From positions 40,778,178 to 40,823,153 of the forward strand of contig NC_068987.1 of the NCBI RefSeq assembly GCF_001194135.2: a DNA stretch of 44,976 nucleotides. The letters run 5' to 3'. Below, piece by piece: positions 1 through 12,207 of the stretch. A program made the position numbers and the translations under genes. This DNA comes from Octopus bimaculoides (taxonomy: Eukaryota). Within the stretch, counting starts at the first letter, position 1. Every line of letters begins with the position of its first letter. The notes below the pieces were generated by a model that saw only the letters and a program-made list of their open reading frames with translations, was not told the DNA's origin and ran no database searches.

Positions 1-1
1 A

Positions 2-418
2 TTTAGGGTAGGAGGAGGAGAAGTTGAGGCATGAGTGTGAGTCTGTGTGTTTGTAGTGGATGGAGGTGGTAAGAGTGGAGTGATGAATGCTGACTGAAAT
101 GTCAAGAAAGGAGACAGAGGTGTCAGAGATAGTGCAGGAGAAGTGGAGGGCAGGATGGAAAGATTTGACAAAAGAGAGGAAGGAGTCTAGATGTTCACGG
201 GAGAGTGAGGTTGCACCGATACAGTCATCAACATAATGGCCATATAGTTCGGGAGTGAGACCAGTGAAACTTGAGAATATTTGGGCCTTAACATAGCCGA
301 CGAACAGGTTAGCATAGTTGGGGCCCATTCTCATTCCCATGGCCACTCCCGAGAACTGTTGGTAGAAATCACCTGCGAACGAGAAGCAGTTGAGTGAGAG
401 GACAAGTTCAACCAGATG
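2..418 (-). mobile_element. Penelope-like element (PLE) reverse transcriptase core, open frame
   Basis: Hand translation: HLVELVLSLNCFSFAGDFYQQFSGVAMGMRMGPNYANLFVG...YVDDCIG...FLDISV...HYKHTDSHSCLNFSSSYP. No stops in 139 codons. Confidence 0.9.
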
Positions 419-1055
419 NNNNNNNNNNNNNNNNNNNNNNNNNNNNNNNNNNNNNNNNNNNNNNNNNNNNNNNNNNNNNNNNNNNNNNNNNNNNNNNNNN
501 NNNNNNNNNNNNNNNNNNNNNNNNNNNNNNNNNNNNNNNNNNNNNNNNNNNNNNNNNNNNNNNNNNNNNNNNNNNNNNNNNNNNNNNNNNNNNNNNNNNN
601 NNNNNNNNNNNNNNNNNNNNNNNNNNNNNNNNNNNNNNNNNNNNNNNNNNNNNNNNNNNNNNNNNNNNNNNNNNNNNNNNNNNNNNNNNNNNNNNNNNNN
701 NNNNNNNNNNNNNNNNNNNNNNNNNNNNNNNNNNNNNNNNNNNNNNNNNNNNNNNNNNNNNNNNNNNNNNNNNNNNNNNNNNNNNNNNNNNNNNNNNNNN
801 NNNNNNNNNNNNNNNNNNNNNNNNNNNNNNNNNNNNNNNNNNNNNNNNNNNNNNNNNNNNNNNNNNNNNNNNNNNNNNNNNNNNNNNNNNNNNNNNNNNN
901 NNNNNNNNNNNNNNNNNNNNNNNNNNNNNNNNNNNNNNNNNNNNNNNNNNNNNNNNNNNNNNNNNNNNNNNNNNNNNNNNNNNNNNNNNNNNNNNNNNNN
1001 NNNNNNNNNNNNNNNNNNNNNNNNNNNNNNNNNNNNNNNNNNNNNNNNNNNNNNN

Positions 1056-1672
1056 GCTTTGTAGAGGTCAGCACGCCATACCACCACGGCTTCACCCTTG
1101 TCGGCCGGTTTTATAATGATGTCAGTGCGGAATCGGAGAGATCGAAAAGCCAAGAGTTCGGCTGGGGAGATGTTTAGACGACAGAGATGCCTGGAAAAGT
1201 TAAACTGGTCCACAGTGCATTGGCAGGCACCCGCAAAAAGATCAACTGCTTGGAACTGGCCAGGAGCAGGTGTCCACTGGGATGGTCAGCAGCCCAGGTC
1301 AGTGAAGCAGTCTACCTCATTAGATACGGGTGAAGTGTCGCGGAAAAGCACACACAACCTAACACTGCGCACAAAGCTGTGGATATCAGAACGAGTCCGA
1401 AATTCATTGCAGGATGGAATGAGGGGGATAAAATGCAGACCCCTACTGAAGATGGAGCACTCCGCCTCAAAGAGGGGAATATCTGGGGGAATGGTAACAA
1501 CAGACTGAAGTGGAGAAGGAGTGGATGGAATAAAAGGGGTGGACGGAATAGGTGGATGGGGTAGAGGTAGGAGGACTGTCACAACTAGTGTATTCCCTGG
1601 CAGATCTTCTACCAGCTTGTTATAGGTGAGGCACTGCATCTTGTAGATATATATTTCCAGCAGGATGAGCAA
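1056..1672 (-). mobile_element. N-terminal part of the same PLE ORF
   Basis: SRGLHFIP...DIIIKPADKGEAVVVWRADLYK, a PLE RT N-terminal motif. One in-frame TGA at 1286-1288. Confidence 0.85.
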
Positions 1673-2029
1673 ACTAGCTCAAAACTGAATTGGTCTTGCA
1701 ATCTTGTCATCTACTGGAGCATGGTAGAGGTTTGCTCCCCTGCTGGCAATATATATGTATAGGGTGTAAAGTGCTGCATCTGTAACCAGCTGGCAGAGAA
1801 CTTTTTTAATTACATATATGTGTGTGCATGCATGTGTGTGTGTGTGTGTGTGTGTGTGGTAGAAATCTACAGATGCACAAATGCACAAAATGGAGAAAAT
1901 GAAACAAATATGGACAACTTGTTCAGAAACACCCGTGAGTGGGGAACAATTCTCAAAAATAGCCCCCAATTGTTTTCCCCCAAAGTTCCTATGTCCTTGG
2001 AACCTACATAGCCCAAGATATATTTGTAG

Positions 2030-2440
2030 AGAATTTCATTAAAAAATATCCATTTTCTTGAAATTTAAGACGAATTGAAGTGGACTCCTAAAACACTTCC
2101 CCACAAAATTTTGTATATTCGAAATCTACATGATATAGCACATATTCATAGACAATTTTATTAAAAAAATATCCATTTTTCTGAAAGTTATGATCATCTA
2201 AAGTTGGGGGATAGGGCAGAAATCTATAGTTATGCCTTTGAATCAAACACTATGATATTTCAGTTCAAGCAAATTTTTTCAACAATTTCTTCAAAAAGAT
2301 TTCAATATAAACTTTCAGAAAATATGCTCAAAAAAAAACAAAAAATATTCCATGAATCTTCTCAGCTGCAAAAGCTTTTGTATCAATGACAGAAGTTATT
2401 TCTTACCTTTTTGCTGAATTCACAAAACTGACTGGTGGCA
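2030..2440. repeat. Internally repetitive interspersed element
   Basis: Module aatttcattaaaaaatatccattttctgaaa occurs twice here and recurs at 33600-33800 (+) and 31165-31420 (-). Confidence 0.5.
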
Positions 2441-3280
2441 ATAAAATGACCTGTTAATTTTCATCTCTGTTCATATATATATACACACACACGTGTGTGT
2501 GTGTGTGTGTGTGTGTGAGTGTGCGCGCGCGCGCGCGGTACCAGTACCATAAATCTCTCTCCTCTCTCTTTCTTTCTCTTCCTTCACTGATGCTACCCCT
2601 TACTTCCACTCCATTTCAACCCATTTCACACCACTCAATTCTTTCATCGCTCACCCCCAACACCATTTATTGCCCTGTCAACACTCTGCAGCACCCCAAT
2701 TTTTCTTGTGTACCTAGATTTTTTGTTGCTGGAGAGAAAAGAGTCATTACTCTTAAACATACTAGCACACATAAGTCTGTCTCCAGTTTATTTCTCCATA
2801 GGGAATTAAGATGGCACTGCTTTCAGTACTGACCAGTTCTATACTACATACCCGCATGCAAGCATACACAAACACACACACACACACATATGCATTTGTA
2901 ATTACCTACCTGTTTTCACATACCACTAAATCGAAGGAAATAATCTTATTCCCTCTTAAGTGACATCATATCTTATGAATATGATGAAAACGACCTGTTG
3001 TCTCTAAAGTGTCAAAAATTTGATAAAATTGTCCACAGAAGGGATGTAAAGAATTTTTTTAATAACTCATTCTCAAATTGCTCCCTTTCTCTTATTGGTA
3101 TACTAAAAATTGTGTACAAAAAGTATAAATTCAACATAACCCTATGCATGCCTCACCAAAATATTACCATGCCCCACCAAAATATTACCATGCCCCACTG
3201 GTGGGGCATGCACCCTACATTGGGAATCATGGACTTAGAGATATTATAGGATCATTATTATTAACTTTTGTTTGTCTTAT

Positions 3281-3428
3281 GTTCTGAGTTCAAATTCTGC
3301 CAAGGTCAACTTTGCCTTTCATCCTTTCGGGGTCAATAAATTATCAGTTGCGTACTGGGGTCAATCTAATCGGCTGGTCCCTCCCCCAGAATTTCAGGCT
3401 TTGTGCCTAGAGTAGAAAAGATTATTAT
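3281..3428 (+). repeat. SINE-like repeat
   Basis: gagttcaaattc B-box-like motif, shared body with 22610-22752, (att)n tail. Confidence 0.7.
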
Positions 3429-3445
3429 TGTTATTATTATTAACA

Positions 3446-4560
3446 TTATACCCAAGGAGAAAAGTTAATTTATCTTTATAACTAGCCATAAGTAAAGCAT
3501 CATCTCTATAAAGACCTCCATCAAGATTCTGAAATTCATCTTTAATACAGTATAATAAATAAATGCCTACAAGATCAGTGACCTGTGCAATCATTTGATC
3601 CCTGTCTATTTTTCTAGTCCAAAGTGTCATTAAATTTAATAATTGTTCTCCTTGCTGTTAGGATAATATTTATATCACATTTAGTAAGATGAGAAATTTT
3701 TATAGCAAATATAAGAGCCTTATTGAAGAGAAAAGGAGAGATTGCAAGAATTTAATATTCATTTTATTCTTAACCGTTAATAACTTCTATAGTATTAGAT
3801 CACAAGGTAGGTGATATTTTTCTCTTAAATGTAAGTATAATTCTATAAACAATGAATTTACTAATCCTTCCAATATTGCAAATTAATATAACAATGGACA
3901 AATTAATCTAACAATGTTTACTTACAAAATTTACTTTAATCTTTAAGATTTATTCAAGGAATTCTTGGTAGGAAAGGTTCTGTTCTGTTTTCTAAATCAA
4001 GTGATTTCACAGAATTATGTCCTTGTTTATTAATATCAAATCAGTCCAAAGTCCATGCCAGTGTATAATCCTTATTTAGTTCCTTCATGATTAGTTTGTT
4101 ACAAGTGATGAGATCTAGACAATATAAATTTCCCGTTGTACCAGCAGGAATCAAAATTCCAGGAGCTTTATTTGGTTTTCTAAATAAATCCTTTAATCTA
4201 CAGAAGTCATTATTTTATCTAAATATATTCTTCTTCAATTTAATATTTCATACAATATTTAATAAACCCTTCTCAAAGTTTTCCAGATTGTTGTTATGAG
4301 TGTTTTTTTCAAGATTTAAATTCTCTCTTAAGAAAATTATCTTCACATATTATGTTTGAGGATTTCAACATCATGTCGAAACGGTATGCTTTCCAATGCA
4401 TTCGTCTTATGAAGGAACTGACTTTGTGGATGAGGAGTTTTGTATATTCATCCTGTCGAGGGACAGGAATATCCTCAGTGATTCATCAATATATATTAAT
4501 CATTATGAATTACCACTTAAAGTGCTCAAGATATAAGATATGCAGAACAGAATAAATTTG
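3446..4560 (-). mobile_element. Decayed PLE reverse transcriptase
   Basis: Fragments IPVPRQDEYTKLLIHKVSSFIRRMHWKAY, ILIPAGTTGNLY and LVGIYLL...GGLYRDDAL, with many stops and frameshifts. Confidence 0.75.
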
Positions 4561-5175
4561 TCACAATATATGGATTCAACTAATTCAGTGATACTCATAA
4601 AAAACCTCCTTAATGTATCATTTTATAAAACATACAAAATATATCGTATGATACAAGTGAAAAACATAAGGAGGGTATAAAGTTACAAATAATGAGAGAA
4701 ATATATAGCATGGTAAAATTTATTTAACTACTGGAAATTCTTATTCAATAATTGTTTTGCAACTAAATAAAACATGTATAGATATTTTATTTTATTATAC
4801 TTTATAAGTAATAAATTAGTTACATGTCTTAATATAAACAATCTTTAAATTAATGCAGATATTACACTAGCACTTTGGCTTAAAAGAAAACCATGTTTAA
4901 AAATAATCCCTTGACATAACATTTCAAGAACACAAAGTCAATATTTAAAAAAGAATCTTAAGAAATATGGAAGACAATAAAATTAATAGAATTTAATAAA
5001 ACAGTTTTCTAAAGAAGGGGAGGGACAGACTGAAGTATATAAGGTAAATACATAGAAAAATAATCCCATAACTACATCGATCAGTATTTAATGTCTATGA
5101 CAACTCTGTAAATTCTTTTGATGGGTAATTCCATGTTTGCTTCATTGGACGGTAATATTGTCTGGAGTATATATT

Positions 5176-5670
5176 AGCAATAATTATAATGAAATAGAAT
5201 ATGGAGACTTGTTCATCCACAAAATTTATTTCCTCTTATTTTACAATTTTATACAGTATATTATCATGGTCTTTATGATCTATGTGTGTTTCCACTGCAC
5301 AGATTACAGGCAGTTGCAGATGCAACCTAGCACAATTTTTGGTGCAGTTTCTTCAGTATCTATTCATTTGGAAATACAATAGTAAGTGCCACACACACCC
5401 GAGCAGACACTGCAGAAACATGAAAGTGCTAGTTCCAAAGTGAACTGAGTGGAGTTAGTTTTTTGTTAGTGTGTGGGGAAGGAGGGGTGGTATTTTGAAA
5501 CTGAAATCTTATCCATTTGTAGGCTTGTATGGTTGACCTCACATTAACACCAGTTGCTGTCTGAAGTCAGGGTTTGGGCTAATTAGGTCATGGTTGACAT
5601 TAGTGTTTTTGCACAGTCCCTTGTTTATTTTGGTGGTTGGGTATGCTGTATGTAGTGCCTGTAGTGTAAA
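5176..5670 (-). repeat. Inverted copy of PLE 3' region 7346-7737 (inverted pLTR-like)
   Basis: Reverse complement aligns over about 400 bp (e.g. atggagacttgttcatcc vs ggatgaacaagtctccat). The left arm carries two insertions. Confidence 0.85.
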
Positions 5671-7852
5671 ATCTGGTAAGAATTTATATTTTATTCTGCA
5701 TAAACAAGGAATTTCCAAAAATAGAAGGAGGTCTATACAGGGATAACACACTAGTCACCTTGCATAACCTTTCCTGCGTAGAAATGGAAAGACATAGGAA
5801 AAAAATTATTCAAGTTCTTCAAAGGCATAGGACTTTCCATTTCAATAGAGGAGCACACCACAGTCAACTTATTAGATGTTACACTTGACTTAAGCATTGG
5901 AATATTCAAACCATACTATAAACCTAACAAAAACCTTAAATACATTCACCACAATAGCAATCACCCCAAGTGCATAACCCAATTTATAGTTGCAAACATT
6001 TTCACCTGCATATCGAAACTATCAGCTAATGAGGAGGTATTTAAGTCAAATAAGAATTACTATAACAGAGCATAGGAAGAGGTTGGATACAAAGAAAAAT
6101 TAGTGTTTAACCTGGGAAACCAAATCAAAATAGATATATATAATAAGGTTACCTAATTACGACAAAAAAAAAAGCCCGATAAAACCCTAGTAAACCCCCA
6201 TAAGAGGATAAAGAAGTCAATAAAAATAAATAGGAATGAAGACATGGGATACAGCCAAAGAATAAACAATTTGGACCAGGATAAAAAAGATTCAAACATG
6301 TGCAAATCCCATATGAAATGACAGCAGAAGCCATAGTATGATGTACATTTGAAGTGAAGTCACTCACCCCAGATGCACACATACACAAAAGACAAAGAAA
6401 TACAATAGTAAGTGCGACACACACCCGAGCAGACACCGCAGAAACATGAAAGACCGTATCACTAAAAACAACACAATACCTATAAATACCAAATTTAATA
6501 ATAATTCCAGGACTGCTTTGTGGTATAATGCCATATTCAGAAAAAACAAATAATATCCAACATTCTGAAGCAGTTTTACACAGCCATTGAGAAACACTTT
6601 CCCCAAGTCTAGCAAGTACCATAAAATATTCAATGCACACAATGTCTGACTCATCTTCTCCACTAGCTGTAAGCTAGCACAGATACTAGCAGGACACCAA
6701 GCAAGAAGACTATCCCACGTCCAAGGGAGTAGCAAACCTATCAATGGAAATATTGATAATCTGAATCCGGATGAAAGAGTAGAAACAGCTAACAATTGAG
6801 GGGACCAGGGTACTAAAACAAAAATAACATGCACTGGAATGAGAGGGGGGGGGGCAGTAACCTAAGAACCAGCAATCAAAGGGAAACAACCCTAACACAT
6901 ACCAATACCTTCATAGGACAGGGAGCACGAACTGCTAGAAATAATACTAGACTGAGAGAAATGAAGACAACAAAGACTTCTAGTGGAGATCATAACACAA
7001 TAAATAAGAGAAATAAGGTCTATGCAACTGTGCCAGGGATACAGTATGCCCATAGATTCAAGATGTTTGGCAAAAAACCTGGTCTATAGATGCAAAATCA
7101 CTTTTGAGGGAAGGATGTACTTCTATATAGGAGCAAGCTTTCTTAATTTCAAGAGAAGACTGGCCAATCATTTAAATTCTTTGAGGGATAGGAAAAAGAT
7201 AAATAATACTAGCCTAAGCAAACTAATCTGATCAATTAAAGACAAGAACCATAGCCCTCCTTAACAAACCTAAAATATACATTATTAAATGTATACAGCA
7301 AAACATTAACAGCACAACCAAGAAAATGAATATATAAACAAAGCCTTTACACTACAGCATACCCAACCGCCAAAATAAACAAGGCGCCATACAAAAACAC
7401 TAATATCAACCTTGACCTAATTAGACTGAAACCTAATTTCAGAAAACAACTGGTGTGAATGTGAGGTCAACTGCACAAGCCTACAAATGGATCAGATATC
7501 ACTAACTAACAAAAAACTAACTCCACTCAGCTCGCTTTAAAACTAGCCAAATGGATAGATATTGAAAAAACTGCACCAAAAATAGTGCCAGGTTGCATCT
7601 GCAACTGCCAGTAATCTGTGCAGTGGAAATGTGTAGGTCATAAAAACCATAATATGCTATATAAAATTGTAAAATAGGAGGAAATAAATTTTGAGGATGA
7701 ACAAGTCTCCATATTCTATAGTGTTATAATTATTGCTTATATATATATATGTCTGTATAGTTAGGACAATCAGTAAGTTGTCATAATAGGACTCAGAGTT
7801 TCAAATGCCGGAGCTAAGAGCTATGATGCATTCTCATTGGCTATTATGACAA
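5671..7852 (+). mobile_element. 5'-truncated decayed PLE (RT C-terminus, linker, GIY-YIG endonuclease, 3' pLTR)
   Basis: GGLYRDN; LLDVTLDL...YYKPN...YIHHNSNHP; WYNAIF...FPKSSKYHKIFN; CLAKNLVYRCKIT...YIGAS...FKRRLANH (GIY-YIG). Confidence 0.85.
7778..7852 (-). ncRNA. Decayed type I hammerhead ribozyme
   Basis: 12-bp perfect stem I; CCAAUGA core; stem II gaatgc/gcattt; GAAA; ACUC-U-GAGU stem III; GUC site. Confidence 0.7.
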
Positions 7853-7912
7853 TAATAGATTTATATAGACAGACTCAAATGCACATACATATTTATACAC
7901 ACATATATATAC

Positions 7913-7969
<57 letters not shown>

Positions 7970-8139
7970 CACGTACATATATTCAAACCAACAGATACAT
8001 ATATATATATTCATAAGACTTATAGACATACAAGTACATACACACATATATAAGATATATATACACACACGAGATTACATACAAATATGTACATATAAAT
8101 ATATACATACACCTTATATTATTGAAATCATTTATAGAT

Positions 8140-8180
<41 letters not shown>

Positions 8181-8228
8181 CACATACATATACATGTACA
8201 CATAATTACCAACACACATATACAAAGA

Positions 8229-8960
8229 CTAGCTGAATTACCCGGCGTTGCCAGGGTTACTGCTGTTCTTATTCAGATTAATAAACAATAAATACGAAGA
8301 TATATTTTTCACACGATCATTTCAAATATCTATATTTTATTAAAGAATATCCAAATTGTAATGATAATAGAACTTAGAACTGAAAACCTGTCAATCTTGA
8401 AGCACCTCAGGGTAAACAATATTCATTGTGTAATTTTTTTGTTGGTGTCCAAATGAATTGTTGCTGCTTCCAACTCGTGAGCAACCAACATAGAGTTGGC
8501 CATGGGAGAAGCATGTAGTAGAGAGATAAAGTCCAACTACCTTGAGGGACTGACCCTGAGATTTGTTAATTGAAATACCAAAACTTAGTTTGACAGGAAA
8601 CTGAAGCCTCGAAAAATCCAAATGGTATGAGAGGAAATTTTGTAATAAAGACATTTTCTGCTTTGTGACTGTTATGATTGTTGCCTGTAGGACATGAGGC
8701 TTCACGGAAGTAACAATTAAGCGAGTGCCATTACACAGGCAAGGTGGGTCAAGATTCCTAAGCATTCCAGTGGGTTTAAGTGTGTTCAGAAATTCAACAG
8801 GGTATTGAATAGCCTGATCTTGATCAACTTCTGTGTGAATTGATGGAAAAGTCATTTCTGATGTATCTGTTAACTTTTGAAGTTCATGATCGAGTTTATC
8901 AATCATTTCATTAGTTGGAGCCAGTATAGCTCTTTCACATAGCCAGTTTTCATCAGTGTA
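8229..8960 (-). mobile_element. Helitron 3' end with Pif1-like helicase C-terminal remnant
   Basis: RAILAPTN, YPVEFLNTL, LCNGTRL, RLQFPVKL, SINKSQGQSL, FSHGQLYVGCSRV. GC-rich subterminal hairpin at 8240-8257, then CTAG|T terminus at 8229. Confidence 0.92.
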
Positions 8961-9230
8961 ATTGACAATCACACATACACTCACACACACACACACACAT
9001 ACACTCTCACATACATATACTAAGACAGACACACAGACATACATTTCCTATATTTCTACCCATGTGGAATAAAATAACTTTTGTTTTCTATATCTCTCTC
9101 TATATAGAATTCTTTGTCTGTCTGTCTGTTCCCTATGCATTCTCAAACTCGAGTGTCAACACTAAATCGAGTGTCAACATGTAATTTTTATTTTCATTTA
9201 GATTAAAACAATCTTTCTATAGTCAACTAT

Positions 9231-9870
9231 CATAAAGGACATTTTATACTACCACAATGACAACATCACATTCTGTATATGAGTGTGTATGTGTCTGTGT
9301 TTGCGCATTTATTACGTACGACATAGTAAAGGACATTTTATACCACCATGACACATTTTGTATATAAGTGTGTATGTGTCTGTGAGTGTGTGTGTGTTTG
9401 CGCATTTGTTACATACGAAATAGTAAAGGACATTTTATATAACAAGACATTTTGTATATGAGTATATGTCTGTCAGTGTGTGAGTGTGTTTATTATGTAC
9501 AACATAGTAAAGGTCAGTTTATCCCACAACAATGACACATTTTGGATATGACAGTGTGTGTATGTGTTAGCACATTATGTATGAGATAGCAAAGGATATA
9601 TTATACTACCACGACGACACATTTTGTATATGAGTGTGTATGTGTCTGTCAGTGTGTGTGTGTGTTTCTTATGTATGACATAGTAAAGGACATTTTACAC
9701 CACCGCTATGACATATTTTGTATATGAGTGTACATGTCTGAGTGTGTGTGTGTTTCTGGGCATTCATTGCGTACGACATAGCAAAAGACATTTTATGCCT
9801 CTACCACCACAACACATTTTGTATACGAGTGTGTATGTCTGTGCGTGTGTGTTTGCACATTCATTACGTA
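9231..9870 (+). repeat. Minisatellite, about 7 units of 82-98 bp
   Basis: Unit catagtaaaggacattttatac...acattttgtatatgagtgtgtatgtgtctg(tg)n recurs at about 9231, 9321, 9419, 9502, 9584, 9679 and 9777. Confidence 0.88.
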
Positions 9871-9929
9871 TAGGAAAAATGCACTGATTTTCAAAAATTT
9901 GAAATAGAAAGATGTGGCTTATGTCACAG

Positions 9930-11088
9930 TTGTTTTGCTTCTGACTAATGTTTGAAGCTTGCCCTATATTTATTGGGAGTTTATGGCTCAAATTAGCATG
10001 TGCTTTGAATAGGTTTCGATTAGTAGAGGATAGTCATATGACTGGTCTTAGAAATTTTTGTAGGTTCTCCACTATGTCCATGTGTTAGCATCAAGTGACA
10101 ATGTTTAGTGTCATAAGTTAAGGCTGACATGGTTGACTGAAAAAGTCTAGTGGTAGTACTAAACAATCAATGCTCTGAATGCTTTCTGTCAAGTGTTTGT
10201 AGAGAATGAACATGTGATTAAGTTTAGAACCTTCTGTATGTTTCCTGCTATGTCCCTGCATTAGTGTACCTAAAATGAATGCCGACACGGTTCAGTGAAC
10301 ATGTTTAATTAAAATCAAGGTACTCCAAATTTAATCTGTCTGGTGAGAGAGTAGACAGGAGTCATTTGTATGCAGTCCAGTGGCTAAAGTTTAGGTTGTT
10401 AGCTCTGTAGGTTCCTCATGTTAAGTGACAGAATGAGTTTTATATGTGAATAGTTAATTGTGTTTGTATTTTGTTAAAGTTTGTTATGTCTGGGTTTGTA
10501 CTTTTGTATGGAAGTATTCTCTTTGTTTATCCATGCTTCATCTGTAGTATTCACTGAACATAGGTTGAGTGGGAAGACCTGGAATTTGAGAGACTTATTT
10601 TTTGCACATATGTCTATATGTCCCCTCGGTGGAATCTGTCTAGTACTGGGGTCTCTTATTTGTTGTCAGTGAATGGTCAGTCTATTTCTTATAGTAAGCT
10701 TTGTTTGACCTATGTAATCTTCATTACATCCTTGACATTAGATAGCATATATTAAATTCCTTGAAAAACATGTAAAGTAATTTTTATGGTAAAAATCTGA
10801 ATTGGTATATTGTGTCTTCAATAAGATTGATGCATGTCCCACAATTGGGGTGGCCACACTTTTTGACTGTTGGTGTAGGAGTTGTGGAAGGTAATTTAGC
10901 ACTTGTGAGGAATTTTTCATTGGTTTTTACTTTTGATTATTTTGTGTATTTCGAATGCTTGTTTCATTCTTGAGTCTTGTCTTAGTAGTTGGATGTTCTG
11001 GTGGACAATATTATAAACCTCTATATTTCTTGGGTTGTGTGTTGTAATAAAGGGTAGATTATTGGATGTATCTGGAGTGTATTTCAGC
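9930..11088 (-). mobile_element. Decayed PLE 3' end (linker, Zn-binding motif, GIY-YIG, tail)
   Basis: LPFITTHNPRNIEVYNIVHQNIQLL, KCGHPNCGTC and frameshifted GIY-YIG remnants. Confidence 0.75.
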
Positions 11089-11265
11089 CATTGGCATGTA
11101 AAAAGCACTCACTACACTCTTGGAGTGGTTGACATTAGGAAGGGCATCCAGCTGTAGAAACCTTGCCAGATCAGACTGGAGCCTGGTGCAGCCTCCTGGC
11201 TTGCCAGTCCTCAGTCAAACTGTCCAACCCATGCCAGCATGGAGAGTGAACATAAAATGATAATG
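11089..11265 (+). repeat. RTE-tail/SINE-like repeat
   Basis: Shares ccaacccatgccagcatgg...gatg 3' end with the RTE at 31800-33190. Confidence 0.7.
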
Positions 11266-11329
11266 CCAGGTCATTGCCTTTAATATATATAATTATTTGT
11301 GTCAGAAACATATATGCATGTAATCAGAC

Positions 11330-11382
<53 letters not shown>

Positions 11383-11908
11383 NNNNNNNNNNNNNNNNNN
11401 NNNNNNNNNNNNNNNNNNNNNNNNNNNNNNNNNNNNNNNNNNNNNNNNNNNNNNNNNNNNNNNNNNNNNNNNNNNNNNNNNNNNNNNNNNNNNNNNNNNN
11501 NNNNNNNNNNNNNNNNNNNNNNNNNNNNNNNNNNNNNNNNNNNNNNNNNNNNNNNNNNNNNNNNNNNNNNNNNNNNNNNNNNNNNNNNNNNNNNNNNNNN
11601 NNNNNNNNNNNNNNNNNNNNNNNNNNNNNNNNNNNNNNNNNNNNNNNNNNNNNNNNNNNNNNNNNNNNNNNNNNNNNNNNNNNNNNNNNNNNNNNNNNNN
11701 NNNNNNNNNNNNNNNNNNNNNNNNNNNNNNNNNNNNNNNNNNNNNNNNNNNNNNNNNNNNNNNNNNNNNNNNNNNNNNNNNNNNNNNNNNNNNNNNNNNN
11801 NNNNNNNNNNNNNNNNNNNNNNNNNNNNNNNNNNNNNNNNNNNNNNNNNNNNNNNNNNNNNNNNNNNNNNNNNNNNNNNNNNNNNNNNNNNNNNNNNNNN
11901 NNNNNNNN

Positions 11909-11952
<44 letters not shown>

Positions 11953-12044
11953 ATGCATGTGTGTGTGTGTATTCATGTATGTAGCAAGGCTTTTTACATT
12001 TTTTTGTTCATCTCAATCTTGTTTGTTTTTTTACTTCAATAATA

Positions 12045-12207
12045 TTAGTGCCGTAGTGTGCTAGTTATCCAAAAGTTCTTGACAAATTTAGACACAAGCC
12101 CCATAATCAGGTACCAGAGATTGCGAGCCAAATCTGATCGGGCAATAAGAACTCGCCAGAAGACGACTATCAACATTGTGTTGAATGTGTAACGAATGTT
12201 TCGCAAT
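12045..12207 (-). CDS. FAR1: FAR last coding exon, LRNIRYTFNTMLIVVFWRVLIARSDLARNLWYLIMGLVSKFVKNFWITSTLRH*
   Basis: tttcag acceptor, TAA at 12045-12047. LRNIRY and ARS..ARN.WY match the hydrophobic FAR C-terminal tail. Confidence 0.96.

Noticed and set aside
2960-3100. Possible minus-strand exon after tttttag (IPIREREQFENELL...)
   Set aside because: FAR already terminates at 12045, and there is no homology or partner exon.
9231-9870. Regularly spaced repeats resembling a CRISPR array
   Set aside because: Whole units are homologous with no unique spacers, the context is eukaryotic and there are no cas genes.
10003-10054. Degenerate hammerhead relic in a PLE tail (minus: cuaaga ccagu...cgaaac cua uuc)
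   Set aside because: Core has a deletion and stem II is mismatched. Too decayed to call as a feature.
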